DNA of 64,000 nt from Eledone cirrhosa (lineage: Eukaryota). The DNA is taken from the NCBI GenBank assembly GCA_964016885.1, contig OZ024740.1:380246001-380310000 (forward strand). The letters are read 5' to 3'. A program made the translations under genes and the position numbers. The notes under the pieces are model-generated. The model saw only the letters and a list, made by a program, of their open reading frames with translations, was not told the DNA's origin and did no database searches. Of the stretch, positions 50,071 to 63,500 are shown in pieces; within the stretch, counting starts at the first letter, position 1, and every line of letters begins with the position of its first letter.

Positions 50071-53000
50071 CTAGCAGTTTAGCCCGGCGTTGCTCGGGTT
50101 TGTTCATTTGCTATGAAAAGTTATATTCAGGTAAACGTAGCTTGAAAACGCATAAGCTTATCAATTAAGTGCATAAAGCAGTTGAACCGGTTATTAATAG
50201 TTACGAACCAATTAGCATTTTGCACAATCAATGATGGGTTAATAATCTTCCAATAGCGAATTTAGTAGACCAAAGTTGCAAGATGGTGGCCCTGATGCCG
50301 CTGGGTGTCAGATCTGTCCGCTATGGGTGACCCTACCAGTTTTCCACACGGCATAGCTCCAACACCTCCAACACCTGCAGCAACATCTATAGCACCTCTT
50401 TGTAGACGATATTGCGTGTCATCCCTTGAGGAGTGTAAGCAAAAAGTCCATTCCTGCTCTCTAGGCGGGAACAGGCAACATAAAGTTGGCCATGAGAGAA
50501 GCATGGCTCCCCCAAATGGATGCCGGCCACTGACAATGTTTGCCCTTGTGACTTGTTAATGGACATGGCAAAACCGGGAATTGGGATCGCCGGAAATCGA
50601 ACGGGATATCTGACGCCAAGGGGAAAAGGTTCATCCTTGGAATGAAAAATGTGTTCCCCTCTCCCGAACCCAGTTACAATGGTGGCCTCAATCAAATGCG
50701 GCGTCAGTGACTTGACGACGATGCGAGTACCGTTGCACTGCTTTGGTGGACGCAAGTTCCTTATTAGCATAATGGGACAGCCAACCCTAAGCTTAAGAAT
50801 TTGAGGTGGGAGCCCTGGGGGCTCAAGGGAATTAAATAACTCAACCGGATAATTAACGATATCGTTGGGATCTGACGTCCGGTCGATAGATTTGAAGATG
50901 TGTTCTTTACCGGGAATCTTCTCAATCAGCTGCTTGTTAATCATGGTATTTTTCGGAGCAAGGATGGCTCTTTCGCTGAGCCAATCAAGATTTTTAAAGT
51001 TAGATGAGACATTAGGAAAAACTGCTTCCCAAAGGTCAGAAGGGCTGCTCACAATGTTGTACAGGGAGTCGATTGCTATGCGGCCCTTGTCATCCGCAGG
51101 GATCTTGCCCTCACCAAGTGCTAAAATATTCTGAGCAAATGCTGAAGACATGTTGTCACCATGCAAATGAGCACGCATATTTGTGCTCAGGTACAAACTC
51201 TTCACCTGGAGTCACAACATGGACGACTTAAGGCAGGCACGCACTTCATCAGCTCTTGTCCCTTTGGGGATGACAGGCAGCGTTTGCCGAAAATTCCCTG
51301 ATAGCAGAAGGGTTACGCCACCCATAGGAGCCGTAGAATCCCTAATGTCTTTCTGGGTCCTGACCAATGCCTCAAGGGCACCCTTGTGTGCCATGGAGCA
51401 CTCATCCCAAACAATGAGGCAACATTTTTTGAGAACCAGAGCTTCGTGTGAACTCTTGCTGATATTGCATGTTGGTGTCTCAGTTTTTACTAAATCCAAG
51501 GGGAGTTTAAAGGTTGAATGTGCTGTCCTGCCACCCGACAGCAAAGTAGCAGCGATCCCGGAAGATGCAACGGCCAACGCAAATTTTTTCTCCTGACGAA
51601 TCTTAGCGAGAATCAATTTCGTTACATAAGTTTTTTCGGTACCCCCAGGAGCATCGAGAAAGTAAATACCCCCAGTCTGATTTTGAACCGCGTCAATGAT
51701 AGTTAAATAGTCCAACCTTTGGTCCGACAGAAGTTTGGGCTCATTTTCCTCTAAGTATTGGGAAAGAGATTCGATGTCATGCTGTTTCCCGCAACAAATC
51801 CGGGGCCAACGTGTTAGCTTCCTCTCTGACGGTTGACGGCAAGCCATACGTCGCCAACTCGCTCCCACCCATGTCGAGGAGGGCGTCCTCGATATCAATG
51901 AGTGCCCTGTTGTAGATAATGTCGCTGTAACCAACTTCCACTAAAATATACTGCAGATGAGCCAGGCGCAGGAAGTCCTCAGATATGAAGTCTCTGTACT
52001 TGACCCATAAAGATTTGGGATCACCCAATTCACACTTTTGAAGCAAAATGACAAAGAGTTCCCGTAGACCTTTAGGTGATTTCAACAAATCACCCTCTGC
52101 TAAAGTGGAATCCTATTGCGAATCAACTTCCAAAATACCACGCTTAAAGCAGGCTTCCCGGTACGTATCACATATTTCTCCATCAACAGTTTTGAGGTCC
52201 TGAAAACTTTGTGGGCCTACAACTTCATGCAGAAGAAGGCGGAGATGAAAGCACTCATATTGACTTGGGGGGGCACAGTGTAAACCCTTCCAAGGCGGCT
52301 GTCAAATTTTAGACCAGGATGTCTTTCAGCAGCCTGAGCTGACTTTCTTCGCACCCAAGTGTTTTTCGACCATATAAAGTAGGGTGGAACCTGGGAGTAC
52401 ACAATTGTTTGCGTAAATGTATCGAACTGGCAAAGTTTGAAGAAACCCGTCAGAGTGGTCTCTTTCGGATCGGCGGCCAACTTGGCGGTGGTTTGGTCCG
52501 TAAAGTAAACCCTTTGCACATTTTCCAAATGTACCGCAAGCTGTACGATGGCGGGGTGACGTTGGTGTAGGGGTAAACCAAATAGGCGCCAAAAAGCTTC
52601 ATTGCTACTGATGTACCGCCTCGCCAGGTATTCTGTGACCTCGTCCTTGCTATTTTCAGCTTGAAATGCGAACATTGTGGCATCAGAGCCCTTATTTACA
52701 TATTTGCATATGTATTTTATCGACTTGACGGAGTTGCAAAACTCAACGTTGATGTGGGCGTTGAACATCTTCAAGAGAAGCGTGCAGTAAGGGACCACCC
52801 ATCTATTGTCGACTTGACCTCCTCTTACTGTTGTGGTGAAGCCACCGTTCTCGGGCCGTCGCCGCCTGTACAGGGGGTACCCGTCGCCACCAGTCTGAGT
52901 CTGGTCAACACATTTTTGGGGGTATCCTTTACTGCACGACCCCCCCCCCTTTCAGACACGTCTGATGCTCATTAGGACCCGACGCACACGGACCATGTTA

Positions 53001-54563
53001 GCTTTGACGATGTCATGTAATTCCTGGTCAGTTGCTGGGTTAGGGATTTCAGCCGAAATGAAGCTGTCTATGGCATTTGAATTGATTTTATCAGTTAACC
53101 AAATCAAAATGTGAGCATGTGGCAGCCTTCGTTTTTGCCATTAGACGGTGAACATGTCACATTTTACAGCTCCAAATACCTGACTTTTTTTTATTAAAGT
53201 CATGAGTTTAGCCAGTTTCAGTCTGAACACTCTGGCAATGAGGTCATGTCTGTTTGAATAATTTTGCCCAGGAAAAGGTTCACGGGTTACATTCCGATTC
53301 ATATGTCTACAGCATTAATCTGTTATATGAAGTGATATTTTGCGGGTTGTTATTTGCAATAAGCCGATTAAAAATGCCCCAGATAAGCCGTATGTCAATA
53401 CGGAACGTTCAATACGGAACGCTCCACTGCAGTGTTGTCATATAGGGAGTGAAGAGCGACAGAGAGAGTAAAGCAGTTAAATTATAGAGAGGGGGAATAT
53501 ACGGAACGCTCCATTTGATCATATACATTGTTTCTCTCTCTGCAGTGTTGTCATATAGGGAGTGAAGGGCGACAGAGAGTGTAAAGCAGTTAAATTATAG
53601 AGAGGGGGAATGATCATGATCGATTTTTGCCCTTATTGTTGATTGATTTGAAATGTTTTTGCTTCATGACCTTCTCCTGACCAAAAGCAATAATTGTCCC
53701 GACTTTGAATAGAAGCCCGTGAAAAAGGTTTTCTCATTAATTTTTTGTCTCATATTGAGAAAAACAAAGAAAGAAAATTACAAAAAGGACAACAATAAAA
53801 TATAATGTCTTTGTTGAGAATCATGTAAATAAATGCTTAAGCGTCGTTATTGTTACGTTTGTTGTTTTATAAATTCACCTGTTGCTTTTGAATATTTGTT
53901 ATTTGATGTAAAATGTAAGTGTGTAAAATATAACGTTGAGAGAGCAGTATGTATTTAGTGTTATCGGCTTTTTAAATGTTGATATTTGATGTATGAGTGT
54001 CGTTATGACTGTAGGGAGGGGGAATAATCTATTGTAGAGAGAGGAAAGAGCGACGGAGAGAGTAAAGTTCTGGTTGTTGTGATGCTTAGGTTTCAAAGTT
54101 TGTGTCGCGTTCCTTCAAGTTTTGTCGTTGTTCTAAATTATAATGGCGATAGGGTAGTAGACGGAGGCAGCAACCTTTTAAAGAGAGTTGCAGAGGAGAT
54201 TGAGGGGGGAGTAGAGAGAGTGATGAACCTTTTAAAGAGAGTTGCAGAGGAGATTGAGAGTGGAGTAGAGGAAAGGATGAACCTTTTAAAGAGAGTTGCA
54301 ATATGTATGTAGTTTCATATATTTTTTATGGTAGTAGTGAGAGGAATTAAGCGTGTAAGAGAGAGGGTTACAGCATGTATTTAGTTTTATCGATTTTTTT
54401 TCATAGAAGCAGGACATTTTTGCCAAAAATAATTACGCGTTGACCTGCCCTGGTGAATTTGGAGCACATTGGGGAAAAATCATCAAAATCGGTAGAGAAA
54501 TGTGGAAATGCATACAAATCATACACACACAGACAAACATCTACCGTTTTATATATAGAGAGA
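50071..54563 (-). mobile_element. Helitron (decayed autonomous type) with both termini
   Basis: Minus strand A|TCTCTCTATATATAAAA at 54563; hairpin cccgagcaacgccggg then CTAG|T at 50071; Rep/helicase remnants. Confidence 0.9.
50387..53255 (-). pseudogene. Helitron RepHel (HUH Rep plus PIF1-family helicase), multiple frameshifts/stops, N-terminus lost
   Basis: WQKRRLPHAHILIW (~53100-53140), KSIKYICKYVNKG, FLDAPGGTEKT, IVWDECSM, GNFRQTLPV, FAMSINKSQGQTL, HGQLYVACSR. Confidence 0.93.
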
Positions 54564-54669
54564 TGAATAAAATAATTTAAACTTTCATTAATTCTTTTAA
54601 TTACATCAACAGTAAACGCAACATTTCTGTACGTTCTCAATGATCACACATGCAGTAGGGGCTAGTATT

Positions 54670-56270
54670 AAAACTATCCTAAAGGACCACAAGTTTAAAT
54701 TTAGTGAGATGAGAAAATTTACACCCAGGATGAAGGAGCAGCCATTGGCGTCAGCATAGCTGGCGATGTTGCCAACCTATTTATGGTATGGAGGGAAAGG
54801 AGACTCAGAGAACTCCTAGAAGAGAACTCAATAGCCCTAGTCATGTACTCACGTTACGTAGATGATATCAATGTAGCAATAAAAACACCCCTACAAGAGA
54901 GTACCAATAAACCCGAATTAGAAACTAACATAATGGAGAGCATCCAGCAGATAGCTAATTCCATACTCCAGAGCATAACAGCAACTATCGAGTACCCTTC
55001 CAAACACCCTAACAATAGACTACCAGTATTAGACACTGAACTCTGGTTAAACACTATAAACGAGAAAGCCCAAATTCTCCACTCACATTATGCTAAACCA
55101 GTGGCCTCCAAATACCTTATACACAAAAATTCAGCAATGTTCAATAGTGCTAATTTTAATATTCTGATCGCAGACTTGGTAAGAGTGATGAAGAATGTAT
55201 CCTGCATGTGCGATCCAACTGAAATGGAAAGACACATACATCACTTCATCAATCGCATGCAGTCCTCTGGCTACAGCCAAAGAGACAGAATCAGGATGTA
55301 CAAAGGAGCCACAGAGAAATATAAGACCCTCATAGAGATGGATATGAAATGTATTTGCCCATTGTACAGGAGCAAATTATGGAATAGCATAGATAGGACT
55401 AAACATAAGATAGGGAAAGCCACTTCACTGTACGACAACCAGAGATGTCAGAGTGACATGCTCGTGGATGCAACCCCTGGAGATGAATTAGCTAACCAAT
55501 TTAGAAAGGCCCCAAGAACGACGCATTTAAAGATTGAAGTCGTAGAAAAGCCGCGAACTACCATAAAATCCCAGATCACCAAAACATACCCCTTTAAGAA
55601 AACCCACTCTACTAATAAGAAACGTGTTATATGTAGAATAAATCCACAAATAAATTGTAAAACTAGAAATGTGCTCTATATCAGATGTACAGAGTGCACT
55701 TGCAGAAACATGACAACGACATACATAGGTGAGACAGCTCGGATCATAGGGGAGAAGATAGACCAACACTGGAGTGAACTAAAACGACAAAAAATGGTTC
55801 GGTACTATATGAACACTCCGGACAGAGACACGGTGGTAATATAGACAACATACAAATTAAAATAATATCTAAACATAGAAATGACTGAACAGGTAGACAA
55901 ATCAGAGAAGCAACTGAAATAGAACTAAGAAAACCGAAGCTGAACAGAAAAAAATAGATGGAATAACAACAACAACCATAAACAAACACACAATAGTGAC
56001 CTCAGAGAAATATAAACAAATATACACAGGTACAATAACAACAACCACACATAAACACACACTAGTGAACAAAGATAGAATACAAACACATACAGGCTCG
56101 GACACGAACACACACCAAACAGCAAACACACACAAACGCATGCGCAAACAGAGACAAGAATAAATAAATAAAAATAATAATGGAATAGACATTACAATAT
56201 AACGGGAGGAAACATAATAGTACCACTGATGATGTCACAGGTGTGTGATGAAAGAATTCAATAGACTATA
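54670..56270 (+). mobile_element. Degenerate 5'-truncated Penelope-like element (RT, GIY-YIG, pLTR with HHR)
   Basis: Upstream EGAAIGVSIAGDVANLFM; GIY-YIG tail continues past a frameshift (RQIREATEI..KPKLN); CTGATGA..GAAA at 56226-56253. Confidence 0.85.
54783..55844 (+). pseudogene. Penelope-like RT/GIY-YIG ORF fragment
   Basis: YSRYVDDI, LPVLDTEL, HYAKPV, CKTRNVLYIRCTEC..YIGETAR. Confidence 0.88.
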
Positions 56271-56619
56271 TATATATATATAAATATATATATATATTTA
56301 TATCTGCATTTTTAACCGTTAGTTAATCAATGATAAACATTAACTATAAGGATATAAAATATACAGAAACGAAAACCAATCCAAACCAAACAGGGAGTGT
56401 GTTTTATTATTTCTGGCAATATTATAACAATATGACCCTCCCCAAATATAACAATATATAAGGAGAAATAAGATTTCGCTTCAAGCATAGCTTTATACAA
56501 TATGTATAGAAATTTCGTATTTCTAAAAAAATACGGTTTTAGGAAGCCGCAGCTATGCAAACACCGGGGGGCTAAAATCCTCTGGTGGTGTCCAGCAGAA
56601 GCAAGGGGGGGGGGGTGCA

Positions 56620-56663
56620 ACCGTCTATGCATTTCAGGCTTTACTGGCCTTCGTCAGGACGGT
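56620..56663 (-). ncRNA. Minimal type I hammerhead ribozyme
   Basis: Minus strand: accgtc CTGACGA aggc-cagtaaa-gcct GAAA tgca TA gacggt; palindromic ATGCAT. Confidence 0.8.
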
Positions 56664-56745
56664 CCCTCCCTCCGCTTGCTACTGCTGGACTTGAAAATAG
56701 TCGAGAATATATAGTTTTCTCGTCTGTGTAAATGAGGTGATTAAT

Positions 56746-56816
<71 letters not shown>

Positions 56817-56824
<8 letters not shown>

Positions 56825-57462
56825 GAGAAGAAAGAAGAATACTACGTGGTTGCACATGGGTTACATATGATAAAAATAGTCCTTCGTCAGTGTTTTCCAA
56901 CCATCATTGGTATTTCATCGCATTAAAAATCATATACCTCAGGTTGGTGCGAGCAATAACTAAAAAAAGTTATTGGGACCAGTAAATCGCGTAAAGCGAG
57001 GGGGACAAGTAAACAACATAGAAGGATAAAAGCAAACCAAAGGTAGGAAAATAAACAAGCAACATGGTTGTCCGGTCAGCATAAGCTGGGTGGATTTCAT
57101 GAGCGAGAGAGGTACAGACCGTCCGACGTGAGTGAGATGTAAGCAAGAAGAGACCCACTACAAGCCAAACGGGAGGAAGTGAAAAGGGGAGAAACAGAGA
57201 GTGAGTGAGTGGAAGTGCGAGGAAGAGGTCAGTCGAGAGAAAGTGTAACTGACAGAGAGGGCGAAAGAAGGTGAGAGAAACAGAGAGAGCGAGGAAGCAG
57301 TAAGAGAGAAACAGACAAACGCAGCCGAGGTAAATATATATAAAAAACATGAGAAGAAAGAAGAATACTGCGTGGTTGCACATGGGTTACATATGATAAA
57401 AATAGTCCTTCGTCAGTGATTGTCCAACCATCATTGGTATTTCATCGCATTAAACATCATAA
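56817..57462 (-). mobile_element. ~526-bp-period partial tandem pLTR-like element
   Basis: 56818-56935 is repeated at 57344-57460; TATA-like tatatataaa; CTGACGA on minus; (TA)n flanks. Confidence 0.6.
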
Positions 57463-57480
57463 TATATATATATATATATA

Positions 57481-58036
57481 TCCTCAGCATTCTCGTGTAG
57501 CTCCCATCCACCATCTGAGTGAGTTTCTTGGTCAGTGTCCAAGTCTCAGACCCGTACAGCAACGAAGAAACGGATCTTCAGGTCTTTATGAAGGTCCGAC
57601 TTCCACACTGATTTCAAACCATGGTACGCCGCCCAGGCTTTGCTCTTCCTCTCGACCACATCATCTTCCGTATTTCCAATCTTTGCTCCCAAATACAAGT
57701 ATGCTGAGGATGGCTCTGAACATTAATCAGTATACACTGAGGATGAAGAACTCAGATCTGTACGGGAGCCTCCCAAAAGTAAGCTCGAAAGTGACACAGC
57801 GGAGACTAAGGTTAGCTGGACATGCTCACCGAGATCTAAAGTTGACACAGCACTCAGTGCTCCTGTGGGAGCCCCTGCATGGACACACTGGAAGTGGAAG
57901 ACAGAGGTTAACATATGTTGATGCCCTAAGGACAGACACTGGTCTCTTGGAGACGCAGGACATGGCAGCGATAATGAGGGACAGAGACCGCTGGAGAGAA
58001 CTCGTCCATGGATCTCGGGAATTTTACCCGCCCTAG
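57481..58036. mobile_element. RTE-clade LINE 3' fragment with 5' inversion
   Basis: Minus 57696-57481: YLGAKI..KAWAAY..VWKS..LLYGSETWTLT..DGSYTRMLR; plus 57701-58036: MLRMALNI..RRLRLAGHAHR..LLWEP..GRQRLTYVD..DRDRWR. Confidence 0.85.
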
Positions 58037-58054
58037 ATATATATATATATATAT

Positions 58055-59154
58055 ATAATAACTAGAAATTGATTAACATATAAATATACATGAATAATCA
58101 CAGGAGATAATTTTTTGTTCGCGTGTAACCACGCATAGCTAGTATAGGTAATATTTACCTTTAAGAGTGATTAACCTTCCTTGTATATATCCCATTAAAG
58201 AAATATATTTCACCAATTAATCAGATGGTAAGTCACGGAAAGTGGATATTATTGGATTGTCAACAAGGAAAGTGTAATAATGTCCAGCCATTCGTCCTTA
58301 CAGAGTGAGTTCAAATCTTCATCTAGCCGTTACCACGTGTTGTGTCTACACAAGATAGCGGTTTCGTTTCAGTGGCGCGAATAGATATTCGACAACTAGA
58401 AATAGAAGTCAAATTCTCTTCAACAGAAATAGCTATACAATTAAGGAGCCGTATATATATATCTAAATCCAAAATTAAGATAAAATAAATTAAATGAATT
58501 TAATCTAAATCGAAATTATGGGTGTCATGTCATAATGTATGCGCCATATATCCTGGAAATTAAGCTCAAAGATAAATCCGAGCATATTATAATAACTAGA
58601 AATTGATTAACATATAAATATACATGAATAATCACAGGAGATAATTTTTGCTCGCGTGTAACCACGCATAGCTAATATAGGTAATATTTACCTTTAAGAG
58701 TGATTAACCTTCCTTGTCGAATACCTATTCACGCCACTGAAACGAAACCGCGGTAACGGCTAGATGAAGATTTGAACTCACTCTGTAAGGACGAATGGCT
58801 GGACATTATTACACTTTCCTTGTTGACAATCCAATAATATCCACTCTCCGTGACTTACCATCTGATTAATTGGTGAAATATATTTCTTTAATGGGATATA
58901 TACAAGGAAGGTTAATCACTCTTAAAGGTAAATATTACCTATACTAGCTATGCGTGGTTACACGCGAGCAAAAATTATCTCCTGTGATTATTCATGTATA
59001 TTTATATGTTAATCAATTTCTAGTTATTATAATATGCTCGGATTTATCTTTGAGCTTAATTTCCAGGATATATGGCGCATGCATTATGACATGACACCCA
59101 TAATTTCGACTTAGATTAAATTCATTTAATTTATTTTATCTTAATTTTGGATTT

Positions 59155-59160
<6 letters not shown>
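58055..59160. mobile_element. 534-bp-unit tandem plus inverted element carrying a SINE-like segment
   Basis: 58055 repeats at 58589; 58716-59160 inverted; gagttcaaatc B-box at ~58307. Confidence 0.8.
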
Positions 59161-59192
<32 letters not shown>

Positions 59193-59349
59193 TGGAATAA
59201 ATGCTCTGAAACAGCGATACACATGTGAGTATAGACATAGAACACCCGAAAATACCCTGTATGTTTATAATAAACACCCTGAAGACCTAATCGCTATAGA
59301 ATAGAATACGCCACGTATTACAATTAGATTCTCGATAAAAGCAAGGGAA

Positions 59350-59392
59350 GTAATCTACGCGTTTCATTCTTGTTAGAATTCATCAGGACTAC
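59350..59392 (-). ncRNA. Minimal type I hammerhead; also 59660, 59970, 60280 (minus)
   Basis: Minus strand: gtagtc CTGATGA attct-aaca-agaat GAAA cgcg TA gattac. Confidence 0.88.
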
Positions 59393-60783
59393 ATATCCAG
59401 TGCTTTTATCGAGAATGACACAGCCAGAGACTTATAGAACACTTAGCTGTGTACTGGAACTGGTTTGAAAGAGCGGTTGCCGGTCCGGCAGAAATTAGAA
59501 ATTGGAATAAATGCTCTGAAACAGCGATACACATGTGAGTATAGACATAGAACACCCGAAAATACCCTGTATGTTTATAATAAACACCCTGAAGACCTAA
59601 TCGCTATAGAATAGAATACGCCACGTATTACAATTAGATTCTCGATAAAAGCAAGGGAAGTAATCTACGCGTTTCATTCTTGTTAGAATTCATCAGGACT
59701 ACATATCCAGTGCTTTTATCGAGAATGACACAGCCAGAGACTTATAGAACACTTAGCTGTGTACTGGAACTGGTTTGAAAGAGCGGTTGCCGGTCCGGCA
59801 GAAATTAGAAATTGGAATAAATGCTCTGAAACAGCGATACACATGTGAGTATAGACATAGAACACCCGAAAATACCCTGTATGTTTATAATAAACACCCT
59901 GAAGACCTAATCGCTATAGAATAGAATACGCCACGTATTACAATTAGATTCTCGATAAAAGCAAGGGAAGTAATCTACGCGTTTCATTCTTGTTAGAATT
60001 CATCAGGACTACATATCCAGTGCTTTTATCGAGAATGACACAGCCAGAGACTTATAGAACACTTAGCTGTGTACTGGAACTGGTTTGAAAGAGCGGTTGC
60101 CGGTCCGGCAGAAATTAGAAATTGGAATAAATGCTCTGAAACAGCGATACACATGTGAGTATAGACATAGAACACCCGAAAATACCCTGTATGTTTATAA
60201 TAAACACCCTGAAGACCTAATCGCTATAGAATAGAATACGCCACGTATTACAATTAGATTCTCGATAAAAGCAAGGGAAGTAATCTACGCGTTTCATTCT
60301 TGTTAGAATTCATCAGGACTACATATCCAGTGCTTTTATCGAGAATGACACAGCCAGAGACTTATAGAACACTTAGCTGTGTACTGGAACTGGTTTGAAA
60401 GAGCGGTTGCCGGTCCGGCAGAAATTAGAAATTGGAATAAATGCTCTGAAACAGCGATACACATGTGAGTATAGACATAGAACACCCGAAAATACCCTGT
60501 ATGTTTATAATAAACACCCTGAAGACCTAATCGCTATAGAATAGAATACGCCACGTATTACAATTAGATTCTCGATTAGGTCTTCAGGGTGTTTATTATA
60601 AACATACAGGGTATTTTCGGGTGTTCTATGTCTATACTCACATGTGTATCGCTGTTTCAGAGCATTTATTCCAATTTCTAATTTCTGCCGGACCGGCAAC
60701 CGCTCTTTCAAACCAGTTCCAGTACACAGCTAAGTGTTCTATAAGTCTCTGGCTGTGTCATTCTCGATAAAAGCACTGGATAT

Positions 60784-60826
60784 GTAGTCCTGATGAATTC
60801 TAACAAGAATGAAACGCGTAGATTAC
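60784..60826 (+). ncRNA. Minimal type I hammerhead; also 61094, 61404 (plus)
   Basis: gtagtc CTGATGA attctaacaagaat GAAA cgcg TA gattac; palindromic ACGCGT. Confidence 0.88.
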
Positions 60827-61558
60827 TTCCCTTGCTTTTATCGAGAATCTAATTGTAATACGTGGCGTATTCTATTCTATAGCGATTAGGTCTTCAGGGT
60901 GTTTATTATAAACATACAGGGTATTTTCGGGTGTTCTATGTCTATACTCACATGTGTATCGCTGTTTCAGAGCATTTATTCCAATTTCTAATTTCTGCCG
61001 GACCGGCAACCGCTCTTTCAAACCAGTTCCAGTACACAGCTAAGTGTTCTATAAGTCTCTGGCTGTGTCATTCTCGATAAAAGCACTGGATATGTAGTCC
61101 TGATGAATTCTAACAAGAATGAAACGCGTAGATTACTTCCCTTGCTTTTATCGAGAATCTAATTGTAATACGTGGCGTATTCTATTCTATAGCGATTAGG
61201 TCTTCAGGGTGTTTATTATAAACATACAGGGTATTTTCGGGTGTTCTATGTCTATACTCACATGTGTATCGCTGTTTCAGAGCATTTATTCCAATTTCTA
61301 ATTTCTGCCGGACCGGCAACCGCTCTTTCAAACCAGTTCCAGTACACAGCTAAGTGTTCTATAAGTCTCTGGCTGTGTCATTCTCGATAAAAGCACTGGA
61401 TATGTAGTCCTGATGAATTCTAACAAGAATGAAACGCGTAGATTACTTCCCTTGCTTTTATCGAGAATCTAATTGTAATACGTGGCGTATTCTATTCTAT
61501 AGCGATTAGGTCTTCAGGGTGTTTATTATAAACATACAGGGTATTTTCGGGTGTTCTA

Positions 61559-61638
<80 letters not shown>

Positions 61639-61825
61639 AAGAGGTTGGAGATGAGAGAGAGTGAAAAGAGAGAGCGAGAGAGAAAGAGAGAGAGAAAGGT
61701 GGACATGTATACACACACACTTCATGTATTAGTAAGCTTTTGTAAAACTTTCTTAAGGACACAGGCTAAAATTGGTGAAAGACATGCTTAACAACTTGAA
61801 AATGACTTCTGGTATTTAGAGAATC

Positions 61826-61910
<85 letters not shown>

Positions 61911-62679
61911 CGCTCTCTCTCTCCCCCGCTCTCTCTCTCCGTTCGTGTAATATAGACAAAAAGGTATCATGGAATTAGGAGGAAAGAAAAAAAAACTGAG
62001 ACAATGTAAAATTAATCATATGAAAATGACACATAGAGAAATAAAATGACATAAAGAAAAATAAAGAAAAAAAACAGATAGTGCACTGCAGTGCACTATC
62101 TGAAACACAAGAATAAATGATCTAAAGATTGATGAAGCAAAAAATGCGCAAGCGCGCGTGTGGTGCGTACGTGTGAAATTGCACAAACTTATTCCGTTTC
62201 ATGTAACACGCACTGTTTAGCCCCATGTCAACCCTGATCAACTAGGCCTATGATTAGATGCATTCCAGTCTTTTAATATTTCTGGGGTTTTTTCCACTAT
62301 GTAATTTTTATGTCTATTTCTTGTTGTTAAGAGATAGACTTGATCTTTCACCTGGTTTAGTAGAGCTGAAGTTTGTCGACATCCTGGAAATTTATCACTG
62401 ATTTCTGATCTCAATACAGGTGAGCTACAACAACCTGAAACATCTCGTATGCAAGACGAAGTAGACCCTGGTTAAGTACCATCATCTGATCAATTTAATT
62501 TACTCTGTTGCAAGCATTTGGTCAAAATATCCGGATTAAGGATAACTTCCTCACACCAGTTTAGAAGGTCCTGAAAAAAATATAGGCTGATAAATGCTGT
62601 CCTTTCTTCTCAAACTAAACGATAAAAGAAGACGGTAGGGTAAGATTTAAGAGAATATGGCTGCTATTTCTAGAATCGT

Positions 62680-63500
62680 TAGAGTATTGAACAAACATGT
62701 AGCAATATGTGTCCTGATTTGAAATCCCGTCGAAATGAACTTTTCTTCTCAGTTTTTCGAGGTCGGTTGAATAAAGTACCAACCAAGTGTTAGAGTCAAT
62801 ATAATCGATTTTTCCTTTTCCTCAAAATTGCTGTTTTTGTGTCTACATCAGACACTACCATATTGCATCTTTATTAAGACGGCAGATTGGGTGTTGGATA
62901 AATGCTTTGTGGTATTTGATTATGATTTTCTTTCTTCTGATTTCAAATCTCGCCGAGGACAAGTTTACATTTCATCCTTCTGGGTTCGATAAAATAAAGT
63001 ACCTGTCAAGTACTTGAGTTGATTTGATCGACTACCCCTACTTCACTCATCCACCACCACCACTACACCAAAAATTAAATTGCTAGTCTTTCGCCTAAAT
63101 TATACATCATTTTATTACACCTTAATTGCTTTTTATTGCATTCTTTTTTTCTTAATTAAATTGAAATGTCTAGTTAATTTCGAGATGAAGGTGTTTGGGG
63201 GGAATCCAACTGGAAGCCATACGGTTAAATCAACTTAGTATTATATTTCTAATTTTTTGGAAAGCTAATTGATCGTTTATTAATTAATTGTAATTAACTG
63301 CTGATTAATAATGTTTTCTACAATTGGCACAAGGCCGGCAATTTGAAGGGAATAAGAAATTCAATTACTGCTACCCAAGTTCTTTACTGATACTTATTTT
63401 ATCGACCCCGAAAGAATGAAGAGTAAAGCTAGTCTCCACGTGATTTTAACCGAATAAGTAAAGAACCAGAATTATATGCCGCAAATCATGTTGTCCGATA
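62680..63500. mobile_element. Cluster of degenerate Meta-like SINEs (plus 62700-62850 and 62870-63100; minus 63310-63500)
   Basis: tttcatccttctgggttcgataaaataaagtacc and its reverse complement tttatcgaccccgaaagaatgaa. Confidence 0.7.

Larger units (their letters stand above)
59189..61565. repeat. 310-bp tandem array (~4.5 units) joined to an inverted array (~3.2 units); one hammerhead per unit
   Basis: attggaataa at 59191, 59501, 59811, 60121, 60431; orientation switch at cgat 60573-60576; (TA)n flanks. Confidence 0.97.

Noticed and set aside
59272-59365. Possible second, opposite-polarity hammerhead in the 310-bp unit (CTGAAGA cct..agg GAAG)
   Set aside because: GAAG instead of GAAA, no convincing stem I or III, and CTGAAGA is not conserved in the 28010 and 41710 relatives
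62419-62469. Possible 51-nt symmetric exon (ELQQPETSRMQDEVDP)
   Set aside because: Weak donor (gttaag), no partner exons and no homology evidence
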